Source: Promethearchaeota archaeon (GTDB lineage Archaea > Asgardarchaeota > Lokiarchaeia > Sigyniarchaeales > SOKP01). From it: DNA of 31,063 bases. The stretch covers positions 1 to 31,063 of the forward strand of contig JAFGOA010000197.1 of NCBI GenBank assembly GCA_016926735.1. Direction: 5' to 3'. Both the position numbers and the translations under genes were made by a program. Below, piece by piece: positions 20,752 through 30,202 of the stretch (the first letter of the stretch is position 1; every line of letters starts with the position of its first letter). The notes beneath the pieces were generated by a model. The model saw only the letters and a program-made list of their open reading frames with translations. It did no database searches and was not told the DNA's origin.

Positions 20752-21378
20752 TTAAAGGTTAAAAGGTTTAAGATTTTTATTTAAGAATTCTGGATCAAGT
20801 GATTTTTGATGTATTTTTAGAAATTCAATATCATCCTCTTTATTCCTATACTTATCTGGTAACATATGAGGAATAGAATCTATGATTGGATACCATCTCT
20901 CACATTTAGAACAAAATAATAATCCATCTTTGATTTCAGTTTCAATTTTTAATTTATTTATAAAATTTAATTCGGGATAAATCTTATTTATTTTCTGTTG
21001 ATTTTGTTCATTTGAGAATTCGATTAATTTATTTTTTACTTCTTTTTTAGTTAAATTTAAGCATTTTTTACTATATGTAAATAAAGTATTATCTTTAACA
21101 TAATTCATTTCCTCTAAACTTGATTTAATCAAATCTAAATATATGTTTATAGACGTTTTCTCAATAATAATATTATCCCTAATATAATAGATTTGGTTTT
21201 TTTCTTTAAACAATTCTGGAATTTTATTATTTATGTGAAAATCAAGATCTTTTCTAAAATAATCATCTATTAACTCTTTAAAAAAGATATCGTCATTCTC
21301 ATAAGAAAAAACAATTAAATTTAAGGGGTAATGTTTACAAATTGGACATGCTAAAATATCATGAAGCCAAGGTTTCAT
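20752..21378 (-). CDS. Trm112-family methyltransferase activator with a long internal insertion
   Basis: MKPWLHDILACPICKHYPL at the N-terminus and GLLFCSKCERWYPIIDSIPHML near the C-terminus; start probably ATG 21378. Confidence 0.85.
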   Translation of the reverse strand: MKPWLHDILACPICKHYPLNLIVFSYENDDIFFKELIDDYFRKDLDFHINNKIPELFKEKNQIYYIRDNIIIEKTSINIYLDLIKSSLEEMNYVKDNTLFTYSKKCLNLTKKEVKNKLIEFSNEQNQQKINKIYPELNFINKLKIETEIKDGLLFCSKCERWYPIIDSIPHMLPDKYRNKEDDIEFLKIHQKSLDPEFLNKNLKPFNL

Positions 21379-21432
21379 AATTATTCTAATTCTCAAGTTT
21401 TATATAAAAATTTATAATAATTGAAAAAAAAA

Positions 21433-23274
21433 TTATAATAAATAATTTCTTAATTGTTGTATGTATCTATCGATAGTCCTATCAATTTTTTTACGTCGTT
21501 TAAAGAAATCATTTAGTAATTTTTCATAAGTATTTTTAGAAGGTAATTTTCCTTTTTTATATCGAGAATCTAATAGTTTTAATCCATCTTCAACCGTCTG
21601 ACGTTCTGCTTCAACAATATCTATATTTTGAACAATTCCTTCAAGTGTGGCATCCGCTTCAACAAGTACTTTCTTAAAGGGCTTTATTTCTTCTTCGATT
21701 AATTTAATCTTAGATTCATTTTTTTCAACAAGAGTTCTAAATTTCTTTTTAGGAATTTTCTTTCTTAGAAGATCTTCTTGGGTTTTTCTTATTTCAAGTA
21801 TCAATGCATTCTTTTCTTCATTCAAGGAACAATATTCTCTAATCTCACTTTGGGGCAATGTTTCAATTAATACTGCAGATGATACTCTTCTGTCTTTTTT
21901 CTTCCTTACATAAATTATATATAGTGCAGAAAGAATCGAAATTATAAGTATTAATACAATTGGTCTTAGAAGTAAATCAAATAAATTAATTGTATATGTT
22001 ATTAAAATCTCATTACTCATAATAGATATAATTCCACTATCAATAAATGTAAGGGTAGTTTTTCTGAGTGTATTTTCAATTGCTAAGGGTGATTTAGAGA
22101 TAGAATCAATACTCATACATCCATCAATAATAATTCTCGTTGTCTGCTCTCTTATTAGAAAATCTGATTTAGTTAAAAAGATATCCATTTTTATAGACTG
22201 TTGGAGCCAATTAGTTGAAAGGTAATCTCCTAAAGTTAATGTATATTTTAATGTAAAATCATAAACATCATTTTTAGTTAGAACTGCCCTATTTATATAT
22301 AGAGAAAGATTAATGAGTGTATAAGTACTAAATCTCTCTATTCTAGTTCCAGCTATATCCCCTAAGCTATCATAAGTTTGGATATTCATAGCATTTTTTG
22401 GTAAATACATAGGAAAATAATATAACTCCATCAAATCCCAATTTTTAATTGAAATATCTTCTGTTATAATCAATGTTCCCCAAGGAGATATTGATATATC
22501 TCTATTTAATCGTACAATTTCCCATAATTTAGTACTAAAATCCGTATATCTGAACCGCGCGATGGCATCTCCTCCAAGATTCTCTGAAAAAGGCTCTAGT
22601 TTATCAGTTTGATATTTAATTAAATTAAGAGTACCATTATTAGCTTCATCATTATAGATTACGTCAGTTTCTAATGGTAAATGAAAGATGGAACCAATAG
22701 AACCCTCGCATCTATAAGGTAATAGAGGATATTTGTGAGCATTGTATGTTGAATAATAATATAGTCCAGGATCGGTTTGGGACACTTGTCTTAATTCGTT
22801 TATAACTAGCCCTATATATGAATGAGTGAAAACAACTCTCTTTGTTTGGAGATGTTCTATAGGTGATTCTAAATAGATTGTTAACATTTCATATTTATCA
22901 GACATAATTAAGCCTGTTCTTTCAGCATATAAGTGATTATTAGATTCACCCATTGCATCATATGTAATTAAATAAGTTGAAAGATTCAGTGGCACTCCAA
23001 TTACAACCGCATAAATTGGATTACTACCATAATTTTTAAAATCAATTTTATCTTCAATGTTCGTAATACCTCCAAGGGTAATATCCGCATATCTCTCAGA
23101 ATGGGTTATAATTATATTTTCCACATTATCTAATATACTTGAAGATTTTGGGATATAAGGAGGATCATCTGTAATATAATTAGTACTTTGACCCGAATAA
23201 TGTATCATAGTACCTATAGCGAAGAAAATAAATATAATCGCTAATAATGTAAGAGTTTTTCTTTTTTTCAACAT
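21433..23274 (-). CDS. Ribophorin I (OST1/RPN1)-like oligosaccharyltransferase subunit
   Basis: N-terminal signal/anchor, two beta-rich luminal repeats (R-x-ISISPWG, YDSLG), single TM, cytosolic coiled-coil tail. Confidence 0.72.
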   Translation of the reverse strand: MLKKRKTLTLLAIIFIFFAIGTMIHYSGQSTNYITDDPPYIPKSSSILDNVENIIITHSERYADITLGGITNIEDKIDFKNYGSNPIYAVVIGVPLNLSTYLITYDAMGESNNHLYAERTGLIMSDKYEMLTIYLESPIEHLQTKRVVFTHSYIGLVINELRQVSQTDPGLYYYSTYNAHKYPLLPYRCEGSIGSIFHLPLETDVIYNDEANNGTLNLIKYQTDKLEPFSENLGGDAIARFRYTDFSTKLWEIVRLNRDISISPWGTLIITEDISIKNWDLMELYYFPMYLPKNAMNIQTYDSLGDIAGTRIERFSTYTLINLSLYINRAVLTKNDVYDFTLKYTLTLGDYLSTNWLQQSIKMDIFLTKSDFLIREQTTRIIIDGCMSIDSISKSPLAIENTLRKTTLTFIDSGIISIMSNEILITYTINLFDLLLRPIVLILIISILSALYIIYVRKKKDRRVSSAVLIETLPQSEIREYCSLNEEKNALILEIRKTQEDLLRKKIPKKKFRTLVEKNESKIKLIEEEIKPFKKVLVEADATLEGIVQNIDIVEAERQTVEDGLKLLDSRYKKGKLPSKNTYEKLLNDFFKRRKKIDRTIDRYIQQLRNYLL

Positions 23275-23770
23275 AAGATCTTTTTTTAATCCAAATATTA
23301 ATAATAAATTATCTAAAAATAATTAATACATCTTATAAAAATTTATTAAAAATAAACCTTGATTATTTAAAATTGATTTAAATAATAGAAAATTAGGTTT
23401 ATCTTTTTTTTTTATAATTATATTTTTTCTTTGATTTTCAATTGATGAATTTAATTTCAATTCTATTTATCAGAAAATTACAATAAATCTAAGAAGTGTT
23501 CAAAACATTTATACGGATAATATAAGATATTATAAACGTAATTTTATTTAGGAAAGTTATAATAAAAAGATCTTAAAAAGAATTTAAATAGATAAGTCTT
23601 GAATAATAGTCTACTGATATTTCTTTATTAAGAATAAGAGATTATTTATTAATTTTAAAACCATATACCTACCGAAGTATTAATATTCAAAGTTTTCCTC
23701 TAAAATAAAAAATTTTTATATGTTTTATATCATAAATATAATTTAATCAATTAAAAATTATTATTATTAT

Positions 23771-23989
23771 ATGTCAAGTGGAAAACCATCAAGGAGGAAA
23801 AAAAGAAGAAAAAGTAGTGGTGGAGGTCCTATGCCTATGGGGGGAGCAGGATTAATGCGTTTTTTTGAAGACTCCTCAATAGGAATTAAAATAGGTCCTG
23901 CGGCTACATTGATATTTTCTGTAACTTTAATCCTCATAGTGATATTGGCAAATATAGGAGTATTTGAGTTAATAATATCTCCTGCATAA
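23771..23989 (+). CDS. Protein translocase subunit Sec61beta
   Basis: Basic N-terminus, GAGLMRFFED, IKIGP, single C-terminal TM. Confidence 0.92.
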   Translation: MSSGKPSRRKKRRKSSGGGPMPMGGAGLMRFFEDSSIGIKIGPAATLIFSVTLILIVILANIGVFELIISPA

Positions 23990-24030
23990 TAAATTATTTT
24001 ATTTTATATCTTCCTTTTATTCTTCTTAAT

Positions 24031-24324
24031 ATGAGAATAGATGAATTTCAAAATCTAATGAAAACATTATATTTCCATCAAGACTTAAAAAGAGGATATG
24101 AAAAATCTTTTATATGGTTAATTGAAGAAATTGGAGAGTTAGCTTCAATATTACATATGGATATACTAGACAAAAATAAAATAAAAGAGGAGATAGCAGA
24201 TATTTTTGCTTGGATATGTTCTTTAGCAAATTTATTAGATATTAAGATAGAAGAAGCAATAAACGAAAAATATCCTGAAAAATGCATAAAATGTAATTCA
24301 AATCCTTGTAGATGTGACAATTAA
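24031..24324 (+). CDS. MazG-like nucleotide pyrophosphohydrolase
   Basis: WLIEEIGELA, EEIADIFAW, KYP-x2-CxxC-x3-PCxC tail. Confidence 0.9.
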   Translation: MRIDEFQNLMKTLYFHQDLKRGYEKSFIWLIEEIGELASILHMDILDKNKIKEEIADIFAWICSLANLLDIKIEEAINEKYPEKCIKCNSNPCRCDN

Positions 24325-24419
24325 AAAAAACTAATAATTTAATAATTATTTATTTTGTTTTATTAAAAAGGAATCTTTTATAACAATTAAAAAAAGAGAA
24401 AAGTAATTGATTAGAATTA

Positions 24420-25532
24420 TTATTTTGTATAAAAATAATTGTAATAAATTTTCTCTAATTTTTGCCCAACTTCTTTAAAAGAATATCTTTTAATGAATAC
24501 TTGAGCTTTCTTAATTAAATCATCTCTTTTATCATCATTATTTAATAGATGAATGATTTCCTTAGATAATAACTTTGGACTTTTTGGTTTTACATAAATA
24601 GCATTATCATCTAGAACTTCTTTAAAAACTGGGAGAGAAGAACAAATTACTGGGGTACCACAAGCAATTGCTTCTATTGGAGTTAGCCCAAATCCTTCTG
24701 AAGCATAAGAGTAAGTGATAAAAATATCACCTAAAGAATAATAATATGGAATCTTATCATTTGGTATAAATCCTATAAAATATATATCTTTATATTTCTT
24801 TTTCCATTGTTGATATTCTTGTTCCATTTTATAGTCAGGTAATCCACCAATCACCAAATTTAAATCAGGAACTTCCTTTTTAGCTAAATAATATGCTTCT
24901 ATAATATTATCAACACCTTTATAATGAGCAATTCTCCCAACATAAATAATACATTTTCCTTTAATTCCAAGCTTTGTTTTAATCAGATTTGCCTCTTTTG
25001 GATAGGGTTTAAATCTTTCTTCTATGGCAGAGTATAAGTTGTATATACTTTCATCGTGTAAATTATGAATATAATGATTCAATTGTTTTTTTATAATATT
25101 TGAACATGTTGTAATGAATGTGGACTTTTTAGCAATATATTTAATCATCAATTTTTCAATCGGGATTTTTGTAAATTGCGTTTCGAAGGGCCCCAAATCA
25201 TGAATTGTGGATATAAACCTCTTTTTATTTGATAAAATAACTGGTATAGTTGCTTTTGGACTATTTCCATGTATAATATCAAATTTGTGAGATTTTAGAT
25301 ATTTAATAACTCCTAAATAGAAATGAGGAATCCATAGAAATCTCTTTTTAATAATTTTAATTTGTATTATATCTGGATCATTTAATTTATTATGCCATTG
25401 TGCTGTCAATAATTTTACATTATGTCCCTGATCCTTTAAGTAGTCAAAGATTCCTCGGAAAAATTTAGCTGCTCCATCTAGAGAATCAGGAGGAATTTTC
25501 AATGAAATTAAACAAATATTCAGTTTATCCAT
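24420..25532 (-). CDS. Glycosyltransferase family 4 (GT-B)
   Basis: YVGRIAHYKG, EGFGLTPIEAIACGTPVI. Confidence 0.92.
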   Translation of the reverse strand: MDKLNICLISLKIPPDSLDGAAKFFRGIFDYLKDQGHNVKLLTAQWHNKLNDPDIIQIKIIKKRFLWIPHFYLGVIKYLKSHKFDIIHGNSPKATIPVILSNKKRFISTIHDLGPFETQFTKIPIEKLMIKYIAKKSTFITTCSNIIKKQLNHYIHNLHDESIYNLYSAIEERFKPYPKEANLIKTKLGIKGKCIIYVGRIAHYKGVDNIIEAYYLAKKEVPDLNLVIGGLPDYKMEQEYQQWKKKYKDIYFIGFIPNDKIPYYYSLGDIFITYSYASEGFGLTPIEAIACGTPVICSSLPVFKEVLDDNAIYVKPKSPKLLSKEIIHLLNNDDKRDDLIKKAQVFIKRYSFKEVGQKLEKIYYNYFYTK

Positions 25533-25563
25533 AATTAAAATTACTCTAATTTTAGTTGTTATA

Positions 25564-26544
25564 TTATGTTAATTGGGTATATCCTTCTTTAGTTATTAAT
25601 ATTGTCTCTTCAGTTTGTGCAATATATGTTCCTTTTTTCTCAGCTAAAACATAGTGAGGTCGTATCTTTTCTTGTTGTATTAATTCTTGCAGACCAAATG
25701 TAACCCCAATTTGAAATTCATTTAACAACCATCTATCAGTAAAAGGTAGAGTTTTAAAATTCTGATTTATATATCCTAAAATTCTTTTTGAACTCTTTCT
25801 TCTAAGAGGAACTCTTCCTGTATATGGATTTAATTCAAAAATACTACATGTATTAGAAGAATGAACGGATCCTACACCTGTTGAAGAAAATATCTCAATA
25901 GCAAAAATATCTCCAATCTCAATAATATCTCCACCTTGATTACCCAATTCAGGTAAGATTTTTTTACCATGAACAGTCCATCTCTCGATTTGATGTCCAC
26001 CCAATTCTTTTATTGGATTATAATTAAATCCTTTAATAATACTCTCTATTTTTTTTCCTAGTTGTTGAGTATTTATTCCTGGTTTAATCATCATTTTTGC
26101 TGCTTCTAAAGCAGTATCAGTAGCGATAATAATATTTTCTAACTTTTTATCTTCATTAAAATTAATTGAAAATGCAGTATCCACAATATATCCCTCAATA
26201 TGAACTCCTAAATCAATTTTAATAAGATCATCATTATTTATTTTCAGTCCATCATCCTTTAATGGAGATGTATAATGAGCAGCAATATTATTTAGTCCTA
26301 TGTTTACAGGGAAGGCACATGAGCCCCCTAAATCTCTAATTTTATTTTCTGTATCCGAAATAATGTCTAGAACTTTACAACCAACTTTTATTTTTGGTTT
26401 TATGTATTCTTTGACTTGTTTTGCTATTTCTCCAGCCTTTTTTAAAGATTCAAGTTTAATTCTTTCTTCTTCTTCATCCAATTTTCCTTTATCTTCATCG
26501 ATTTTCTTAATAGGTTTTTTTTTTACAGTATGTTTTTCACTCAT
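25564..26544 (-). CDS. map: Methionine aminopeptidase type II
   Basis: AFPVNI, AAHYT, KIDLGVHIEGYIVDTA, LGGH, AIEIF, AQTEET. Confidence 0.95.
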   Translation of the reverse strand: MSEKHTVKKKPIKKIDEDKGKLDEEEERIKLESLKKAGEIAKQVKEYIKPKIKVGCKVLDIISDTENKIRDLGGSCAFPVNIGLNNIAAHYTSPLKDDGLKINNDDLIKIDLGVHIEGYIVDTAFSINFNEDKKLENIIIATDTALEAAKMMIKPGINTQQLGKKIESIIKGFNYNPIKELGGHQIERWTVHGKKILPELGNQGGDIIEIGDIFAIEIFSSTGVGSVHSSNTCSIFELNPYTGRVPLRRKSSKRILGYINQNFKTLPFTDRWLLNEFQIGVTFGLQELIQQEKIRPHYVLAEKKGTYIAQTEETILITKEGYTQLT

Positions 26545-26705
26545 AACGATTAATAATTAAAAATGGATAATATTTTTTTTTAATTAAATAATAATATATT
26601 TATAAAATCTTTTTCATTATCTAAAAAAATAAATAAAATCAATATTAATATTAGTTTATAACTTGTTATAAAAAAAATAAAACAAAATTTAAGGTTGATC
26701 TAATA

Positions 26706-27077
26706 TTGAGTGAAAACATCAGTGAACTCACCGATTTGTTAAGAAACCTTGAGGCCGTTAATTCGGACATCCAAGGTAGTGCTATCGTCTCTGTCCAAGG
26801 ATTACCAATATGTTCTGCACTTTCTAGAGGTGTAAATGATGGAATTGTGAGTGCTATGAGCGCAGCAATTCTAAGTGTTTCAGAGCGTGCAGTACAGGAA
26901 CTTGCGAGGGGGAATTTACAAAGAATCTTAATTGAAGGAATAGAAGGAATTATCATTCTTTCTAGAGCAGGAGAAAATGCCATCTTATGTACATTAGCCA
27001 GACCGGATGCTAGTTTAGGTATGGTTTTTATACACATACAAAGTGTTTCAAAGAAAATTGCTGCATTATTAGATTAA
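26706..27077 (+). CDS. Roadblock/LC7 domain protein
   Basis: AIVSVQGLPI...VSAMSAAIL...ELARG...LGMV; TTG start; 123 aa. Confidence 0.92.
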   Translation: MSENISELTDLLRNLEAVNSDIQGSAIVSVQGLPICSALSRGVNDGIVSAMSAAILSVSERAVQELARGNLQRILIEGIEGIIILSRAGENAILCTLARPDASLGMVFIHIQSVSKKIAALLD

Positions 27078-27249
27078 TTTTTTTCAAATATTAACATTCT
27101 TCTGTTATCAATTATTTTTCAATATAATTTATTTAATTAATTTAATTTTTAAAAAAAATCGCTTTATTGTTAAAAAGATGAGCCTTCTTGGGTGATCAAA
27201 GATAAGTATATTTTTATTTATCTTAATAATTTAATGAAAAAAAAAAAAA

Positions 27250-28722
27250 TTAATCTCTTAAGGCTTGAATATTATCAAAAATTATATCAAATCTATTTTT
27301 TATAGAACCAATTAAACCTTCATCTTCTGAAATAACTGAATTAATAGCTGTTTTAAGTCCATAATGCCCCTCTGAGATAGATATTCGGATAGGTAATGTC
27401 AGAATTTCGCAAATTAATAAACCTATTTCTTGAAATAGTTGTATTATTTTTGGAAAATTTTCTTGTGTTTTATTTATAAGATTTTGATCTGCTTCTGATA
27501 ACAATCCATTTTCTTTGTTCTCTTTTAATTCTTCCCATACATTTTCTTTTAGTGTAGAAAAGTTTATTCCCAAATCTTCTAAAGCCATTTGAGCGCCTTC
27601 AAATAGAAAATTAATATCATCTCTACCTGAATAGTTTTTAATATTTTCAACCATTTTATTTGGAGCTAGTCCATCTAAGAAATTTATAAGTAAATTATGG
27701 TAATCTTTTACAACATCTAAGGGAATAAACAATAAAACCATGTCTTTTAGTTGCTTGAATAAATATCCAATAGCTTTTCCGATTGTTTCATTTTGTAGTA
27801 ATTTCTCTATAAATCTTCCATTTTCATTGAGAATATGAATTGACAAAAATCCAATTATTCTTATCATATCCTCTTCATAATTTCTAAAATAATCAAAAAA
27901 ATGATCTGGTTCCATATTTAATTTATCTTTAATTATAGTACCTACTTTTCTCTTGATATTTTCTAAAGGTTCATCAATTAATTCTTCCAATTTATCAAGT
28001 GAAAAGGAATCCTGTATTTGATCAATAAGATCTAACTTATTTTTTTGGAATATTTCACTTTCTTCGACTTTAGAGACAGAAATTATTTTAGATAGTGTTT
28101 TATCTTTTGCTTTTGAGATTTTTAATTCCTTCCACTCATTAAAATCATATATTTTGCATAATAATTGTAAACATTTATCACCTTTTCCTATACATTTCTT
28201 CTCTGTGATACTAATTCGATAATCATTCTGTTTGATTTTTAAAATAAAGTTAGCTACACCTTGGAGCATTCCGCATAAACCAGATGCCATTCCTTCGGAT
28301 TCTTTTCCTAATCTAGAAAGATTAAATATATCTTCTGCACATGTACCATAACTCGCACATATAGGGCAATGATTGATTTTTAATATATAATCGTTATATT
28401 TCGAATTTTTATTGTCAATTTCTTCATAATCAAGTTGTTCTAATTCTTTTCCAAAAACAACAACCCATAATAATTCAAAATAGCTTACTACTTTATCAGG
28501 GCTTCCAGGCATAAATTTAAAGATAGCAGAATGTCGTTCACATGATTCTGTTCCTGATTGTTCCCCAATCTCTCGTATAACAGAGATACTTATTTCCTCA
28601 TTTTTTGTAATATCATTAACTTCTTTTAAAATTTCTCTATAAAGCAATGAATAGAATAAAGAACTTGTATTACGACCAAATACTTTTGATACTTTCTTCA
28701 TTAACCATTGAAAAATACCCAT
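27250..28722 (-). CDS. V4R/Bet3-like domain protein with a long helical C-terminal extension
   Basis: CPIC...GLCGMLQG...E-x-KCIGKGDKC V4R signature. Confidence 0.65.
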   Translation of the reverse strand: MGIFQWLMKKVSKVFGRNTSSLFYSLLYREILKEVNDITKNEEISISVIREIGEQSGTESCERHSAIFKFMPGSPDKVVSYFELLWVVVFGKELEQLDYEEIDNKNSKYNDYILKINHCPICASYGTCAEDIFNLSRLGKESEGMASGLCGMLQGVANFILKIKQNDYRISITEKKCIGKGDKCLQLLCKIYDFNEWKELKISKAKDKTLSKIISVSKVEESEIFQKNKLDLIDQIQDSFSLDKLEELIDEPLENIKRKVGTIIKDKLNMEPDHFFDYFRNYEEDMIRIIGFLSIHILNENGRFIEKLLQNETIGKAIGYLFKQLKDMVLLFIPLDVVKDYHNLLINFLDGLAPNKMVENIKNYSGRDDINFLFEGAQMALEDLGINFSTLKENVWEELKENKENGLLSEADQNLINKTQENFPKIIQLFQEIGLLICEILTLPIRISISEGHYGLKTAINSVISEDEGLIGSIKNRFDIIFDNIQALRD

Positions 28723-29237
28723 TATCTTTTCTCCTCAATTTTATATTTAAAAATTTGTATACACGATTTATTTCCAAATGCTTTTGATTCTTGAATTTTT
28801 ATTGGTTCAATCATTAAAACTATTCTGTTTTTAGAATTTGTGTTAACAAGATTAATAAATTCGGAGATAAATCCTAGTAGTATCTCACATCCTGCAACTT
28901 TAACATCATCATATTCATATTTACATAATGCACAATCTAAATCATTGATAACCAGTAATCTATCGTTCTCCTTTAAATCAACAGAAACAGAACTTTTTAG
29001 TACCTTTTTGTATAAAGTTATAATAACATCCTTAATATTATTTATATCGATTATTTCAGCGGGAGTCCAATATTTTATGTATGTTTTAGCAATATTTCTT
29101 CCCATTCGTTGCAATCTTGCATTCAAATCATCTATCCCATTTTTGATCATAAATCGTGCAAGATGATAAATAGCATTACGTAACTGATTTATTGCTGCGT
29201 CAGCAACTAATAATTCATTTCTTGAGTAATTCATCAT
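28722..29237 (-). CDS. V4R/TRAPP-Bet3-like protein
   Basis: RLQRMGRNIA, DCALC, GCEILLGFISE, ESKAFGNKSC; TAATG stop/start overlap with the downstream gene. Confidence 0.65.
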   Translation of the reverse strand: MMNYSRNELLVADAAINQLRNAIYHLARFMIKNGIDDLNARLQRMGRNIAKTYIKYWTPAEIIDINNIKDVIITLYKKVLKSSVSVDLKENDRLLVINDLDCALCKYEYDDVKVAGCEILLGFISEFINLVNTNSKNRIVLMIEPIKIQESKAFGNKSCIQIFKYKIEEKR

Positions 29238-29580
29238 TTAATTTTGTATATTATAAATTCGTGATATTTATTGGAAAAATATAAGATATTTAAAATTTTT
29301 AATCAAATTGAAACTATTATTTGTATTGAACATTTTTATTGATTATAAAAAATGAAAATTAAATATTAAGAAAAGAATCAAAAATTAAGTGTATTATTCT
29401 TGATTAAAGACCTTTCTGAATTAATTCTTAAAAATACAAAAATTTATTGATAAGATATATAATTATATCTATTTAAAATGATGATAAGTTAAAAGAAATG
29501 AAAAAAAAGTAGACTTACGCCTAAAATTTATTCACAATTTAAAGAATTTTAATTTTCAATATTTAGATAGTGGTTTTTTA

Positions 29581-29966
29581 CTACATTTTTTCTAAAATTA
29601 ATCTCATCAGATCCTCTCCACAAGCACCAACCATTTTACCTTTTTGAACTCTTATTTCTCCATCAATTTCAATATTTTTTTCTAATAAAACACCATCTTT
29701 GAAAAATAATAATGTAGGAATTGCACTAACATTAAATAAATTACCCAATGGTCTATTTTGATCAAGATCTACTTGAATTAATTTTATCAACCCTTCATCT
29801 CGGAGTTTATGTAAGATTGGTGCGATAAACTATCATGGTGTTTAAATTATTTTTTACAACACTTGCATGGTCCACACCAAACTGTATAAATATCAATTAC
29901 AAGTTTTCCTATTTTCATTTCTTCTGTTATTTCAATACCAACATCTTTTAGGTTATCTATATTCAT
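29581..29966 (-). CDS. trxA: Thioredoxin split into two exons (29864-29966 and 29581-29831); predicted spliced product 117 aa
   Basis: Exon 1 MNIDNLKDVGIEITEEMKIGKLVIDIYTVWCGPC, junction codon K, exon 2 FIAPILHKLRDEGLIKLIQVDLDQNRPLGNLFNVSAIPTLLFFKDG...; frames are joined by removing 32 nt. Confidence 0.9.
29832..29863 (-). other. 32-nt bulge-helix-bulge (BHB) intron in the thioredoxin mRNA
   Basis: 5' strand GGAC-CAUG-CAA-GUGUU; 3' strand AACAC-CAUG-AUA-GUUU; canonical cuts CA/A and AU/A give in-frame UGC-AAG-UUU. Confidence 0.85.
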
Positions 29967-30202
29967 CTGTTTTCAATTCTTTTTTAATTTTTTTCTTTAA
30001 ATCTTTTTTTTCTAAGATTTTGATATAATTAGTCTTTTTTATATTTTAATTAATCTATCAGCCTATTTATTTTTTTTATTTTATTATAAAATTCAACAAA
30101 AATTTATATATATAACAGTAAACCACTTTCAAAAAAGAATCAATTTTTTAATTATAGAATAGTTATTATATTTAAAAATTAAGAATTATAAAAATAAAAC
30201 TA

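Noticed and set aside
27170-27205. Short GC-richer patch GATGAGCCTTCTTGGGTGATC as a SECIS or C/D element
   Set aside because: No convincing stem and no UGA-containing selenoprotein candidate adjacent
2687-29166. Antisense or overlapping ORFs in the track (2687, 2978, 3949, 6917, 7157, 8903, 10087, 15043, 18618, 21647, 24078, 26300, 26666, 28840)
   Set aside because: They lie opposite well-supported genes and have shadow-ORF composition with no recognisable motifs
29581-29790. 69-aa ORF from the track as a stand-alone gene
   Set aside because: It lacks the CxxC motif and is the distal part of exon 2
29830-29862. Spliceosomal-looking GT...AG boundaries (GTGTTG...GATAG, 33 nt) in the thioredoxin insert
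   Set aside because: Removing these 33 nt gives TGC AAT TTA TCG..., which is out of frame and reaches TGA; only a 32-nt excision restores the protein
29581-29966. Thioredoxin as a simple pseudogene or sequencing frameshift
   Set aside because: Both halves are otherwise intact, the extra sequence is a discrete 32-nt block rather than a homopolymer slip, and it forms an exact BHB with frame-restoring cut sites
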